60,004 bases of DNA, taken from contig CAIPXZ010000765.1 in the NCBI GenBank assembly GCA_903869075.1, positions 1 through 60,004 on the forward strand. Direction: 5' to 3'. Below, piece after piece: positions 48,201-56,097 of the stretch. Under the pieces are notes generated by a model that was given only the letters and a program-made list of their open reading frames with translations, made no database searches and was not told where the DNA came from. The DNA is from an uncultured Myxococcales bacterium (lineage in GTDB: Bacteria > Myxococcota_A > UBA9042). The stretch's first letter is position 1; the number at the start of each line of letters is the position of its first letter. A program made the translations under genes and the position numbers.

Positions 48201-48904
48201 GCGGGGGTGGCGGACGTGTCGTAGTTGTAGCACTCGTTGCCAAAGTAGACCGACGACTTGCCGGTGTGCGCGCGCTTGTTGGAGACCTGCCAGTTCACCG
48301 TCGAACCGGTCGCGGTCGTCGAGACGTTGGTCGCGAAGCTGCTGAGCGTGCCGTCCTCGAACTTGACCTTGGGCAGCGGCGTCTCCTTGTCCGGGCAGCA
48401 GAGCGGCTTCACGCTGTACTCGCACTGGGCGGTGGCCTTGTTGCAAGCAGCGGTCTGGCACAAGATGTCGGCGCAGTCGGTGTCGGAACAGCAGACGTTG
48501 GCGCCGGGCTTGAGCTTCGGGTCGGTGCACTTGTTGTCGACGCAGGTGGTGACCTGGCACTGCGGATCGGCGTTTTTGACCTTGAAGCAGTCGTCGTCGA
48601 TCTTGCACTCCAACGCCACGTCAACCGGCGGCACGTCGGGCTGGATGTCGGGCTGGATGTCGGGACCGGTGTCGGCTGGTGCGGCATCGCTGCCGACGTC
48701 GGACGGGCCGGTGTCGCCGGCATCATCGGTGCTGACGTCATCGGAAGTGTCGTCGCCCGGGCCGGTGTCGGCAGGCGGCGTCACGGTCTTGGAACCGCAA
48801 GCGGCGAGCGCTGCGCTCAGGGCGAGAACCGCCAGAACGCGCTGAAATTTCAGGAGTTCAAGCACAGACTTCGGACAGCGATTCGACATCAGACTGCGAT
48901 TCAT
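45257..48904 (-). CDS. giant Cys-rich lipoprotein, paralog A: four beta-sandwich (MAM/choice-of-anchor-J-like) modules joined by Dictyostelium-type Cys repeats
   Basis: 1215 aa from ATG 48904 with a GAGGGGA SD. Lipobox LSAALAAC|GS and an acidic tether with PDIQPDIQPD. Module ends are YEGLYLDDIEVETLC, FAGPNIDDFSMDITC, HIGPYIDAISMWTTC and YEGVFLDDIQVTEPC. Confidence 0.85.
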   Translation of the reverse strand: MNRSLMSNRCPKSVLELLKFQRVLAVLALSAALAACGSKTVTPPADTGPGDDTSDDVSTDDAGDTGPSDVGSDAAPADTGPDIQPDIQPDVPPVDVALECKIDDDCFKVKNADPQCQVTTCVDNKCTDPKLKPGANVCCSDTDCADILCQTAACNKATAQCEYSVKPLCCPDKETPLPKVKFEDGTLSSFATNVSTTATGSTVNWQVSNKRAHTGKSSVYFGNECYNYDTSATPATSCQSTGGAAKVTGKLTSTEIVIPKDKATGAPKPTVLHYWLWLDASPAFVKLNPGNAGTTCTSCAIDQVCVNFGGGAKDACMTETDVLTVSVNGASGATPVWSSVKIDKSTGGKWEHRVINLAGFGDSVTVTWQFVGKAGTTEYEGLYLDDIEVETLCATDNSGCDTKTACTNTTGNACAQTDCTFYDNVTDKGICFGDLTPGCCAGVADCQDNNTCTIDSCAIVGAAATGLCSNVPDASQSQCCLPSNLYADGYENGISAWKNVGSNSTTVGWKVNPTGGTTGSKSLVFSDSTFQSYADPKLTTQGPKGTICSPEIQLQSGTLYDVVKFSVSLITEWCGQTTYNNPPGSQAPCTADADCKTAGESCNKVLGVCALNSPLDKLTVTFLTGGQYCGATECTQVVGNIKTPLWSSDLIKGCNDGNYQTVKLHLDQFAGKKGRVCFTFDAGDPSGNAFAGPNIDDFSMDITCQDTVCAVDSDCDSKCKPTVEKGKCDPTTGAGICSCQPSGICVVDTDCDDKDSCTVDTCVQGKCDSVLTAGCCTEKSQIPSESFEKTGGTALPTGWATSFATAAASPTGDPYDTTLKWHISQDNFYGTSPDLYSLYFGSTLGNYDAGSQKVPYGLVNSAPVAVPVNGTTIVTFHLNLSTEWDAPAVFAVPQYNGTVFAVDRLRFGFVDPTDPTNITWAWSSYDIGGTTNGQWMPISVKAPAAVAGKTVQLVWEFDAGNPKNNNHIGPYIDAISMWTTCAAPVCVADADCTPATPDPCKSYACALDETAKTFSCGTGFKAGPGCCQPTSPLPAVTFENATLGSLTGSATPGILTSWSAIPHKYMNGKYEAYFGNPAKWNYDDPTTPAGSCGAVTSDLYTQVLKIGTNPKQSAQLQFAIYADIEQPVGTFQTEHFQVIIKNGAQSQMIWDATDPTTGLKPTQFKSKQNIVLPLTKWQGLNIIVEFHFDTGDCTLNDKYEGVFLDDIQVTEPCAP
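48635..48682 (-). repeat. 12-nt tandem repeat in the tether-coding region (two perfect and two degenerate copies)
   Basis: The plus strand reads GTCGGGCTGGAT twice (48635..48646 and 48647..48658), then GTCGGGACCGGT and GTCGGCTGGTGC. Encodes PDIQPDIQPD. Confidence 0.85.
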
Positions 48905-48941
48905 GGGTCCCCTCATTGCGCGAACCGGGGTCGACACTGCT

Positions 48942-48957
48942 CCCAATGCCTGTGCCG
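48942..48957 (-). promoter_or_regulatory. degenerate sigma54-like element (cGGCAC-N5-TTGG)
   Basis: The minus strand reads CGGCACAGGCATTGGG. The -24 GGCAC and the spacing are correct, but the -12 GC is GG. Lies about 40 nt upstream of ATG 48904. Confidence 0.2.
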
Positions 48958-48975
48958 ACACGACCACGTTTCACC

Positions 48976-49004
48976 AGTGTACCTCTGGCCAACGGGTTTC
49001 GCAA
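48976..49004 (-). promoter_or_regulatory. promoter candidate for paralog A (TTGCGA-17 nt-TACACT)
   Basis: On the minus strand: TTGCGA (48999..49004), a 17-nt spacer, then TACACT (48976..48981). Confidence 0.4.
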
Positions 49005-49005
49005 T

Positions 49006-49015
49006 GTCACGTGAC
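49006..49015. promoter_or_regulatory. 10-bp perfect palindrome GTCACGTGAC abutting the -35 element (possible operator)
   Basis: Self-complementary decamer 1 nt upstream of the -35 hexamer of the paralog A promoter candidate. Confidence 0.3.
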
Positions 49016-49066
49016 CGCCGCGCGCGCCGGTTTTTCAGTTGTAGCGGTGGTCGCGGACCCAAGCGA

Positions 49067-51133
49067 TCACGGGCAGTTGCTGACGGCCTGACAGGTGCAC
49101 GCGGCGGCGCTGCAGACCGGCGTTTGGCAGGTCGCGCAGGACATGGCGGCGCAGTCGGCGTCCCAGTAGCAGTCGGCCTTTTGGCAGGCGATGCCGACGC
49201 TCAAATTGTCAATGTTCACGCCGGGTTTGTTGTTCAGCGTGCCGTCGCCCGCGTCAAAGCGCACGCAGACCTGCACGGACTTGCCGGTCCAAGCGTCCAG
49301 CGACACGGTGATGGGCTGCCACTTGCCCTGCGTGGTGCCCAGGATTGCATCGGACGACCACACGGTCTGGTACGTGCCACCGGTGAAGATCTGCACGGAA
49401 AACCAGTCGAGCTTGGAGTTGCCGGGGATCGGCGGGTTCAGGTACTGCGCCGCCGGCACATCCGACCACTCGGTGTCCATGTTCAGGTCGAATTTCAGCA
49501 GCTTGTAGTTCGTCCCCGCCGTCAGCTGGATCGCCTTGGCGCACGCCGCGCCGTGCGGACCTTGGCCGTCCGGCAGCGACGGGTCGTCGTAATCGGTGAA
49601 GATGGCGTTGCCAAAGTACAGGCTGCCGCCGCCGCCGCTGCTGCCGACGTTCGGGTTGCCGCCCTTGGGGTTGGAGCGCCAGAACACGCTGACCGAGTTG
49701 TTGCCGCTGTTCGCCCAGTTGGTCAGCGGCTGGGTGTCGAAAGCGTCGGTGAACAACAGCGACGGCGCGCAGCACGCCGGTTTGCTGGCGTCCGGCTGCG
49801 ATTTGCAGACGTTTTGCGTGCAGGTGTCGACGGTGCAGGCGTTGCCGTCGTCGCAGTCGGCGTCGCCCAAGCAGCAGCCGGCGATGTTGTCGTGAAAGCA
49901 GACGCCCTGACCGACGGCGTTGCTGTAGTCGGTGCAGGTGTCAGCCGTGCAGGCAAGCCCGTCGTCGTCGCAGCTTTGCGTGTCGCTGCAGAGGATTTTG
50001 CCGAGGTCGGGGCAGATGGTCTCGACGACGACGTCGTCCAGGTAGATGCCCTCGTAGCCGTTGTTGGCGTTGGTCTTGGTGGCGAACTGCCAGGCCAGCT
50101 GGATCGACTTACCCTGCCAACTACTTAAATCTACGGCAATATGCCGCCAGCCATCAGGATGCGCCGGGTCGCCGAGCGTCGTCTTGCCGATCTGCGTCGA
50201 CCAAAACACCGTCGCCGGCGGCGCGTCCTGCGCCAGCACTTGCAGCGACAGCAGGTCTTTCTCCGGCTCGCACACGGACGCGCCCGCGACCTCGATGCAC
50301 GACGACGCCGCGTTGCACGGCGGGTCGCACGTCCCCGCCGGCAGCGTCTTGGCGTACGGCGGCTCGGTGTCCAGCCACAGCCAGAAATGTGCCTGCGCGT
50401 TCTTGCCCTTGGGCAGCAGGTACGTCTTGGACAGCAGCGTCGTCGCCACCGGCTGGGTGTCCGTCACCAGCGGCTTGCACGCGCCGGCGGTCGTCTCGGA
50501 GTTGTCGTAGGTGTGGCAAGCGTTGCCAAAATACAGGGATTTCTTGCCGCCGTGCGCCCGCCACGTTGTCTGCTGCCAGCTGACGTTGCCGTTGGTCGGA
50601 CCGTCGGTGGCGACAAAGCCATCCTGGCCGGACTCGAAGGTCGCGTCCTGCAAAAGCACCTTGCCGGAACAGCAGTTGGCGATCGCGACGTTTGTGCACT
50701 TGTGCTGGACCTGGTCGCATTTGTGGGTGTTGCACTCGTTGCCGTCGTCGCAGTCGCTGTCGAGGCAGCACGCGTCGGGGTTCTTGACGGCGGCGCACAC
50801 GCCGGCGGTGCACTTCGGCAATTGGCACGCCGAGAGCGTCAGCTGCGCGGTGCAGTCATCGTCGATGGCGCATTGGCCGACGTCCACGATCGCGTCCACC
50901 ACGTCGGCGACGTCGGGCGTCACGTCCGCGGACACGTCCACCGGCACATCCACGGCGACGTCGGTCACCTCCGCGACCGGCACATCCGCCACCGTGTCGG
51001 CGATCGGCACGTCATCGCCCGCGTCGTCGGCGGCATCCCCCGCCGCGTCCTGCGGCACCGGCGTCACAGCCTGACCGCAAGCCGCCAGCAGCAGCCCCGC
51101 CATGATCGCCGTCGCACGCCTGAGCAGTCGCAT
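49067..51133 (-). CDS. giant Cys-rich lipoprotein, paralog B: two beta-sandwich modules plus Dictyostelium-type Cys repeats
   Basis: 688 aa. Lipobox GLLLAAC|GQ and an Asp/Val/Ala tether. CCLDSDCDDGNECNTHKC and CCLGDADCDDGNACTVDTC. Module ends YEGIYLDDVVVETIC and KPGVNIDNLSVGIAC. Collinear with the N-terminal half of paralog A. Confidence 0.88.
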   Translation of the reverse strand: MRLLRRATAIMAGLLLAACGQAVTPVPQDAAGDAADDAGDDVPIADTVADVPVAEVTDVAVDVPVDVSADVTPDVADVVDAIVDVGQCAIDDDCTAQLTLSACQLPKCTAGVCAAVKNPDACCLDSDCDDGNECNTHKCDQVQHKCTNVAIANCCSGKVLLQDATFESGQDGFVATDGPTNGNVSWQQTTWRAHGGKKSLYFGNACHTYDNSETTAGACKPLVTDTQPVATTLLSKTYLLPKGKNAQAHFWLWLDTEPPYAKTLPAGTCDPPCNAASSCIEVAGASVCEPEKDLLSLQVLAQDAPPATVFWSTQIGKTTLGDPAHPDGWRHIAVDLSSWQGKSIQLAWQFATKTNANNGYEGIYLDDVVVETICPDLGKILCSDTQSCDDDGLACTADTCTDYSNAVGQGVCFHDNIAGCCLGDADCDDGNACTVDTCTQNVCKSQPDASKPACCAPSLLFTDAFDTQPLTNWANSGNNSVSVFWRSNPKGGNPNVGSSGGGGSLYFGNAIFTDYDDPSLPDGQGPHGAACAKAIQLTAGTNYKLLKFDLNMDTEWSDVPAAQYLNPPIPGNSKLDWFSVQIFTGGTYQTVWSSDAILGTTQGKWQPITVSLDAWTGKSVQVCVRFDAGDGTLNNKPGVNIDNLSVGIACQKADCYWDADCAAMSCATCQTPVCSAAACTCQAVSNCP

Positions 51134-51142
51134 CGTCAGTTC

Positions 51143-54100
51143 CTACGGGCAAGCCGCGATGAAGTGCAGGTTGTCAACCGCGACGCCAAAGCCGCTGTTG
51201 GCCACGCCGTCGACGGTGTTGAAGGAGAATTCGAGGGTGATTTCCTGGCCGATGTATGGCGTCAAATCAATTGAAATCGTGGACCAATTTCCGACGGCAT
51301 AGCCATTGGCATTCTTTTCCCACACCTGCGTCGGCACGCCAGCGACGTAGACGTTGATGGTCAAGTCGTCGTAGGGCGGACCCTGCTCGGTGTCCATGAA
51401 CAGGTCAAAAGTGACCTTGCTGTTGACGTTGTTCGGCAGCGTGATCGGCGGCGTCGTTGCGGTGCCGCTGTTGAGGCCAAAGTTGTAATTGCCGGCGCTC
51501 GGGTCGCCGTAATAGAGCACGCCCGGCGGCGTCTTCGACTGCGGGCTCGTCAGCCACAGCTGCCAACCCTGCGTCGTGCCAGCGCTATTGACAAAAACCA
51601 TGCCCATCGCGTCGTTGGTATCAAACGTGTTGCTCCAGATGTCCGGGATGCAGCAGCCCGCGGCGCCGGTCGGCTTGTGCACGCACTTTTGCGCCACGCA
51701 GGTGTCGATCGTGCACTTGGTCTCGCCGTCGGAACAGTCGGCGTCGGCGCTGCAGCAGGTGTTCTGGTTGGAGCAGACGTTCTTGACGCAGGTGTCGATT
51801 GTGCAAGCGTTTTTGTCGTCGCAGCCGCCGTTGCTCTTGCAGCAGCCGGCGATCGCCGCGAACTGGCAGTTGGCGCCGGGTCCGGGGCACGAGTCGGCGG
51901 TGCACGGGTCGCTGTCGTTGCAGTCGCCGTTGCCCATGCAGCAGCTGGCGATCGGGCTGAACTGGCACTTTTGGTTCACGCACTTGTCGGTGGTGCACAG
52001 CACGTTGTCGTTGCAGTCGCCGTCGGCGGCGCAGCAGCTGTACGGCCACGTGCACTGGCCGTCCGAGCAGACGCCGGTGTAACAGTTGAGCGTGAACGAC
52101 GGCGCGCAAGCCGCTGTATTCGCGCATTTTTTTGGCTGGCAGGTGCAGTCGATATGCACATTGTCCAGGTACACCTGCGTGTTGGTGAGCGTGCCAAACG
52201 TCGAGCTCGGCGCGACCTCAAAGTGCAGCGCGAAGCTCTTGCCGGCCACGGCGGACAGGTCCACCGTCACGGTCTGCCACGCCACGACCGCCGAATTCAC
52301 GGTCTTGGTCACGAGCGTCGTGTCCACACCGTCGATGTCTGCGGAAACGCGCAGGTTCAAGCCGGACGACACGGTGTCGGCGCGGAAGCTGAAGCTCAGC
52401 GACGCTTCCTTGCCCGGCAGCAGCGTCAGGTACGGCGAGACGGCTGTCGCCTTGGGCTTGGTGTTGGCTGGAACGCCGTACGTCGTGGCGCCGGGCAAGC
52501 CAAACGCCAGCACGCCGGTGCCGCCGGTCGAGTCGGCGATCTTGAGTGCATACCACGTCGGTCCGTTCGCGCTCATCGGCGTGATTGTGTAGCCATCGTC
52601 GCTGCCGTCAAACGCGCTGCTGAGCACCGTCGGCGCGCAGCAACCGGGTGCGGTGGACGCGGCGTACGCGCACTGGCCGGCGGTGCAGGCGTCCTTGGTG
52701 CACGGGTTGAAGTCGTCGCAGTCGCCGTCGCTCTGGCAGCAAACGCTCTGGAACACGCACTGGCCGGCGCTGCAGCTGCCGGTGAAGCAGGAGTCGGCCG
52801 AGACGCACTCCGCGTCGGTCTTGCAGCAGGTGTTCTGGTGCTTGCAGCCGCCGCCGGGTGCGGCGCAGTCGTCGATGGTGCAGGCGTCCTTGTCGTCGCA
52901 GTCGGCGGCGGTCATGCAGCAGTCGATCTTGGCGCTGTGCTGGCAGTTGCCACCCGGCACCGGGCAAAGGTCCAGCGTGCACGGCTTGTTGTCGTTGCAG
53001 TCGCCGATTGTGTTGCAGCAGTCCGCCTTGGGCGTGTGGACGCACGCGGGCGTGCCGGCGGTCGTCGGCTGGCAGGCGTCCACGCTGCAGGCGTTGCCGT
53101 CGTCGCAGTCGGCTGGCGCGGCGCAGCAGCCAGTGGAGATCTCGACCTCGTCGATGTACACGCCCTCAAACGCGTTGACGTTGCCGTCGATCGAGTCGAA
53201 CGCGAACTGCAGCGTCACCGATTGGCCCGCCCAGGCCGAGACGTCCAGCGTCACCCGCTGCCACGAGCCGTGCGTCGTGCTGAGCATCGGGTCGGAATTC
53301 CACAGCGGCACCGTCGCGGCGCCGTCCAGCACGTTGACGGTCAGCATGTCGTAGCCGGCCGAGGCTTCGGTGTCCATCCACAGCCAGAACGACGCCGTCG
53401 GGTTGACGCCCGCGGTCTTGGGCACCGGCAGCGGCGGCAGCGTGGCGGTCCCGGCGACCTGCTTGCCGTTGGCGTAGGTCAGGCTGGTCGGGTCGCCAAA
53501 ATACAGGCTGACGCCGCCGGAGACGCTGCGCGCGCTGCTGAAATTCCACTGGATGCCGCCCTTGGCGGTGTCCTGGACCGACACGCCTTCGCCCTGGCCG
53601 TCCAGCGGCGCGATGCCGGCGACCGCGCTCAGCTTGCCGGTGGCGATCTTGGGCGCGCATGCGAGGCACGGCGTGACGTCATCGGCGAGGCCGGCGCCGT
53701 AGCACGCGACCTGGCCGTCGCCGTACGGCGTCAAGCAGACGTTGGCCTTGAGCGTGTACGTGCACTTGCCCTGGAAGCAGATGCCCTTGGCGCACGGGAT
53801 CTCGCAGTCGCTGTTGGCGCTGCAGGCCGTGGCATGCAGGGATTTGCCAATGCCGGCGGCGTCTTCGGGCGGCACGTCGACGGCAACCTCGGCGGCATCC
53901 ACGGCATCGGTGCCGGGCACGACGTCGGTCACGGCGTTCACGTCCGGCGCGTCGGGGCCGGTGTCCACCGTGGCATCGGTCACCGCGTCCACGCCAGCGT
54001 CGGTGGCGGCATCGTCGCCATCGGCCGCATCCGGTGCGGCGACGTCGGTTGCGACAGCATCGGTCTGCGCGTCATCGGTGGCAGCATCGGCGTCCGTTCC

Positions 54101-54211
54101 CGGCTGGGTCGTGTCGCTCGTCGCCACAGGCGCACCGCACGCCGCCAGCAGCAGGCACAGCAGGCACGCCGACTGCCACCGCCCCAAGCCCTTCGTCACG
54201 GCCATGTCCAT
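51143..54211 (-). CDS. giant Cys-rich lipoprotein, paralog C: three beta-sandwich modules separated by two blocks of Dictyostelium-type Cys repeats
   Basis: 1022 aa from ATG 54211 (MDMAVTKGLGRWQSACLLCLLLAAC|GA) with a purine-rich SD. Module ends FEGVYIDEVEISTGC, NTQVYLDNVHIDCTC and GFGVAVDNLHFIAAC. The track ORF to 55129 overlaps the OMP gene. Confidence 0.88.
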   Translation of the reverse strand: MDMAVTKGLGRWQSACLLCLLLAACGAPVATSDTTQPGTDADAATDDAQTDAVATDVAAPDAADGDDAATDAGVDAVTDATVDTGPDAPDVNAVTDVVPGTDAVDAAEVAVDVPPEDAAGIGKSLHATACSANSDCEIPCAKGICFQGKCTYTLKANVCLTPYGDGQVACYGAGLADDVTPCLACAPKIATGKLSAVAGIAPLDGQGEGVSVQDTAKGGIQWNFSSARSVSGGVSLYFGDPTSLTYANGKQVAGTATLPPLPVPKTAGVNPTASFWLWMDTEASAGYDMLTVNVLDGAATVPLWNSDPMLSTTHGSWQRVTLDVSAWAGQSVTLQFAFDSIDGNVNAFEGVYIDEVEISTGCCAAPADCDDGNACSVDACQPTTAGTPACVHTPKADCCNTIGDCNDNKPCTLDLCPVPGGNCQHSAKIDCCMTAADCDDKDACTIDDCAAPGGGCKHQNTCCKTDAECVSADSCFTGSCSAGQCVFQSVCCQSDGDCDDFNPCTKDACTAGQCAYAASTAPGCCAPTVLSSAFDGSDDGYTITPMSANGPTWYALKIADSTGGTGVLAFGLPGATTYGVPANTKPKATAVSPYLTLLPGKEASLSFSFRADTVSSGLNLRVSADIDGVDTTLVTKTVNSAVVAWQTVTVDLSAVAGKSFALHFEVAPSSTFGTLTNTQVYLDNVHIDCTCQPKKCANTAACAPSFTLNCYTGVCSDGQCTWPYSCCAADGDCNDNVLCTTDKCVNQKCQFSPIASCCMGNGDCNDSDPCTADSCPGPGANCQFAAIAGCCKSNGGCDDKNACTIDTCVKNVCSNQNTCCSADADCSDGETKCTIDTCVAQKCVHKPTGAAGCCIPDIWSNTFDTNDAMGMVFVNSAGTTQGWQLWLTSPQSKTPPGVLYYGDPSAGNYNFGLNSGTATTPPITLPNNVNSKVTFDLFMDTEQGPPYDDLTINVYVAGVPTQVWEKNANGYAVGNWSTISIDLTPYIGQEITLEFSFNTVDGVANSGFGVAVDNLHFIAACP
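51650..52036 (-). repeat. block of four CC-delimited Dictyostelium-type repeats (paralog C, aa 726-854)
   Basis: CCAADGDCNDNVLCTTDKC..., CCMGNGDCNDSDPCTADSC..., CCKSNGGCDDKNACTIDTC... and CCSADADCSDGETKCTIDTC.... Confidence 0.8.
52637..53128 (-). repeat. block of five CC-delimited Dictyostelium-type repeats (paralog C, aa 362-525)
   Basis: CCAAPADCDDGNACSVDAC...CVHTP, CCNTIGDCNDNKPCTLDLC, CCMTAADCDDKDACTIDDC, CCKTDAECVSADSCFTGSC and CCQSDGDCDDFNPCTKDAC. Confidence 0.8.
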
Positions 54212-54347
54212 GCGTCTCTCCCTCTGGCCACGCACCCATCGCGGCCTTTGACGGGCGATCGGCGGGCCTTCCGTGCGTTCCAAGGGCCTGCAGCCCAAGC
54301 AGTTCTTGGCGAAAGCTGGCCGGCAACGGCAGCGGACGCATCGGCCC

Positions 54348-54377
54348 AGTGTAACACGGGCGGCGCGGCACAGACAA
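54348..54377 (-). promoter_or_regulatory. promoter candidate for the paralog C-B operon (TTGTCT-18 nt-TACACT)
   Basis: On the minus strand: TTGTCT (54372..54377), an 18-nt spacer, then TACACT (54348..54353), followed by GG as in the paralog A promoter. Confidence 0.35.
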
Positions 54378-54405
54378 ATGACAGTTGCGGGTCGCGGTGT
54401 GCGGA

Positions 54406-56088
54406 TTAGAACTTGAAGCGCAGCGCCGCGTCCAGCCGCCACACCGACAACGCACGCGCGCCCGAGGGCGCATCCAGCGCGTCGCCCGGCAGCAGGTACG
54501 ACGCGCGCAGCATGGCGACCGTCTTGGCAGCCTTCCACCACAGCGACGCCTCTGGCTCCAAGCCGAGGAACGTGCCGTGGCCCGGCGTGGCGCCTTCCGA
54601 CGCGGCAAGCGCCGTCATCACGCCGACGTTGCCGAACAGGCCCTCGTCGGCGCCGGTCTCGAGCAGCGAAACGCGCCAATTCGGCTTGAAATACCAAGCA
54701 TTGGCCACGGCGCCGATGATGTCGCGAAACAGGATGCTGTCGACCAAGAAGCCGCGGTGAAAGCTGTAGCCGGTGATGAGCGAGCGCGGCGCGGCGTCCG
54801 GCGCGGCGCCGGTGCGCCAGTTGTCCTGGTCGTTGACGCCAAAGCCGCCACTGCTGTCGCCGGTGGCGAGGCCGAGGTCGAGGTTCCACAGCTGGCGGCC
54901 AAAGCGCCACTCGCCTTTGCCGGCAAAACCGCCGCCAACCAAGGTCTTGGACGTCACCGTGCTGGTCCGTTCGTCGGCGTTGGCGACGGTGCCGTAGCGA
55001 AACGCGCCTTCCAGCTGCAGCCGCATCGGCGCGTCGGCGACCTTGCCGCGCCAGTCCAGGTAGATTTGTGGCGTGAATTCGCGGACGGTGCGCGGGATCA
55101 GCTGGTCGCACGTCCGCTGCGCCGAGCAATCGCCGTGCTCGCCGTAAAAGCCGTTGTCCTGGCTCTGGTACATCAGCGCCGCGGCGAATTTCAGGCCCGG
55201 CGCCTCCGCCGGCTTGGCCGTCTCCGCTTGCAGCAGCCAGCGCGTCGCGTCGGCGCTGATCTCCTGCGGCAGCGGCTGGCCCTCGGTCACGGTGGCGTTG
55301 ACGCCCTTGGTCAGCACCGAGGTGCCGGTCAGGACCGTCGAGCTCAGCGGCCCTTTGAACACGATGTCGCGCGCCGCCATCAGGCGAAAACCGAACAGTT
55401 CCGCAGAGATCTGAATGCGGTCGACGTCCGTCTGGAAGTCTGACATCAGGTCGCGGCCGTCATTGCGCACCATGCCGAGGCCAAAATGGTCGCCCATCCG
55501 GCCAATGTCCAGCTCGCCCATGCCCAGCACGCGCACGTGGACCCACGCGCGCCGCACGCCGATCGCCGCCACCGATGCCACGCCGCCGGTCGGCGACGTC
55601 CACTGCGCCAGGTACTGCCCGTAATTGTTGGCAGTTGTCGCGTTCAGCCCGGTGCCGGTCGCCTTCAACGGCACCACCGACGCCGCCTGCGTATCCACGC
55701 CCAGCCGGCTCTGACCGCCCAGCGTCAGGTTGCTGACGCCGTCAATTTGCGTACAAATATCCGCCCATTCCGCGACGTGCAGCACCGGATCAAAGCGCAG
55801 GCGCAGATCGCCGATGCCCATCTGGCCATCGCTCGGCGTGGTGTTGGACTCGCCGTGGCGGACGTCCAGGTGCGGCGCAATGCTGGGATCCGACGTGGTA
55901 AAGCGCACGCCGTTCAGGTAATCCAGCCGCGTCCGCAGCTCACCGTGCAGATCCAGCGACACGAGCGGCGTGGCGGGCGGCGCGGGCTGGCCATCGGTCG
56001 GCGCTTCCGCGGCAAACGCCGGCAGCGCGCCCAGACCGCACAGGGTCAAGGTCAGGCCAAGGCGCACGCGCGAAAAGGATGACAGCAT
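54406..56088 (-). CDS. outer-membrane beta-barrel protein (family not recognised)
   Basis: 560 aa from ATG 56088. Signal LCGLGALPAFA|AE. Long run of alternating amphipathic strands. Terminal ...LDAALRFKF has an aromatic C-terminus. Promoter-like elements lie inside the longer track ORF. Confidence 0.75.
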   Translation of the reverse strand: MLSSFSRVRLGLTLTLCGLGALPAFAAEAPTDGQPAPPATPLVSLDLHGELRTRLDYLNGVRFTTSDPSIAPHLDVRHGESNTTPSDGQMGIGDLRLRFDPVLHVAEWADICTQIDGVSNLTLGGQSRLGVDTQAASVVPLKATGTGLNATTANNYGQYLAQWTSPTGGVASVAAIGVRRAWVHVRVLGMGELDIGRMGDHFGLGMVRNDGRDLMSDFQTDVDRIQISAELFGFRLMAARDIVFKGPLSSTVLTGTSVLTKGVNATVTEGQPLPQEISADATRWLLQAETAKPAEAPGLKFAAALMYQSQDNGFYGEHGDCSAQRTCDQLIPRTVREFTPQIYLDWRGKVADAPMRLQLEGAFRYGTVANADERTSTVTSKTLVGGGFAGKGEWRFGRQLWNLDLGLATGDSSGGFGVNDQDNWRTGAAPDAAPRSLITGYSFHRGFLVDSILFRDIIGAVANAWYFKPNWRVSLLETGADEGLFGNVGVMTALAASEGATPGHGTFLGLEPEASLWWKAAKTVAMLRASYLLPGDALDAPSGARALSVWRLDAALRFKF

Positions 56089-56097
56089 CGACGTCCT

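Noticed and set aside
45194-50128. 1644-aa ORF on the plus strand, the longest in the track. Similar giants occur at 51677..54409 (+), 42234..44924 (+), 32609..35404 (+), 10854..12629 (+), 23015..25192 (-), 5254..7611 (-) and 3440..4816 (-).
   Set aside because: All lie exactly antisense to genes with strong motif support: Cys-rich lipoproteins, HK/RR, nnr/pdxJ/glmM, hemB, rpsA, the WD40 gene and mnmE. Their products are Arg/Ala/Gly/Val/Pro-rich low-complexity strings with no motifs. In DNA with G/C at nearly every third position, stop codons are rare in antisense frames, so long shadow ORFs are expected.
54212-54405. A sigma54 -24/-12 promoter upstream of the paralog C-B operon
   Set aside because: Every GG...GC pair found by eye has the wrong spacing (9, 11 or 13 nt) or lacks TTGC. 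Only a sigma70-like TTGTCT-18-TACACT element is present.
54212-55129. N-terminal extensions of track ORFs. Examples are 51143..55129, 28939..32751, 54406..56175, 26325..28343, 36281..37819, 8949..9770, 19913..21574, 21358..22551 and 22259..23545.
   Set aside because: The extensions overlap neighbouring well-supported genes or contain promoter-like elements. They are Arg-rich nonsense and precede internal starts that give proper signal peptides, conserved N-termini and SD sequences.
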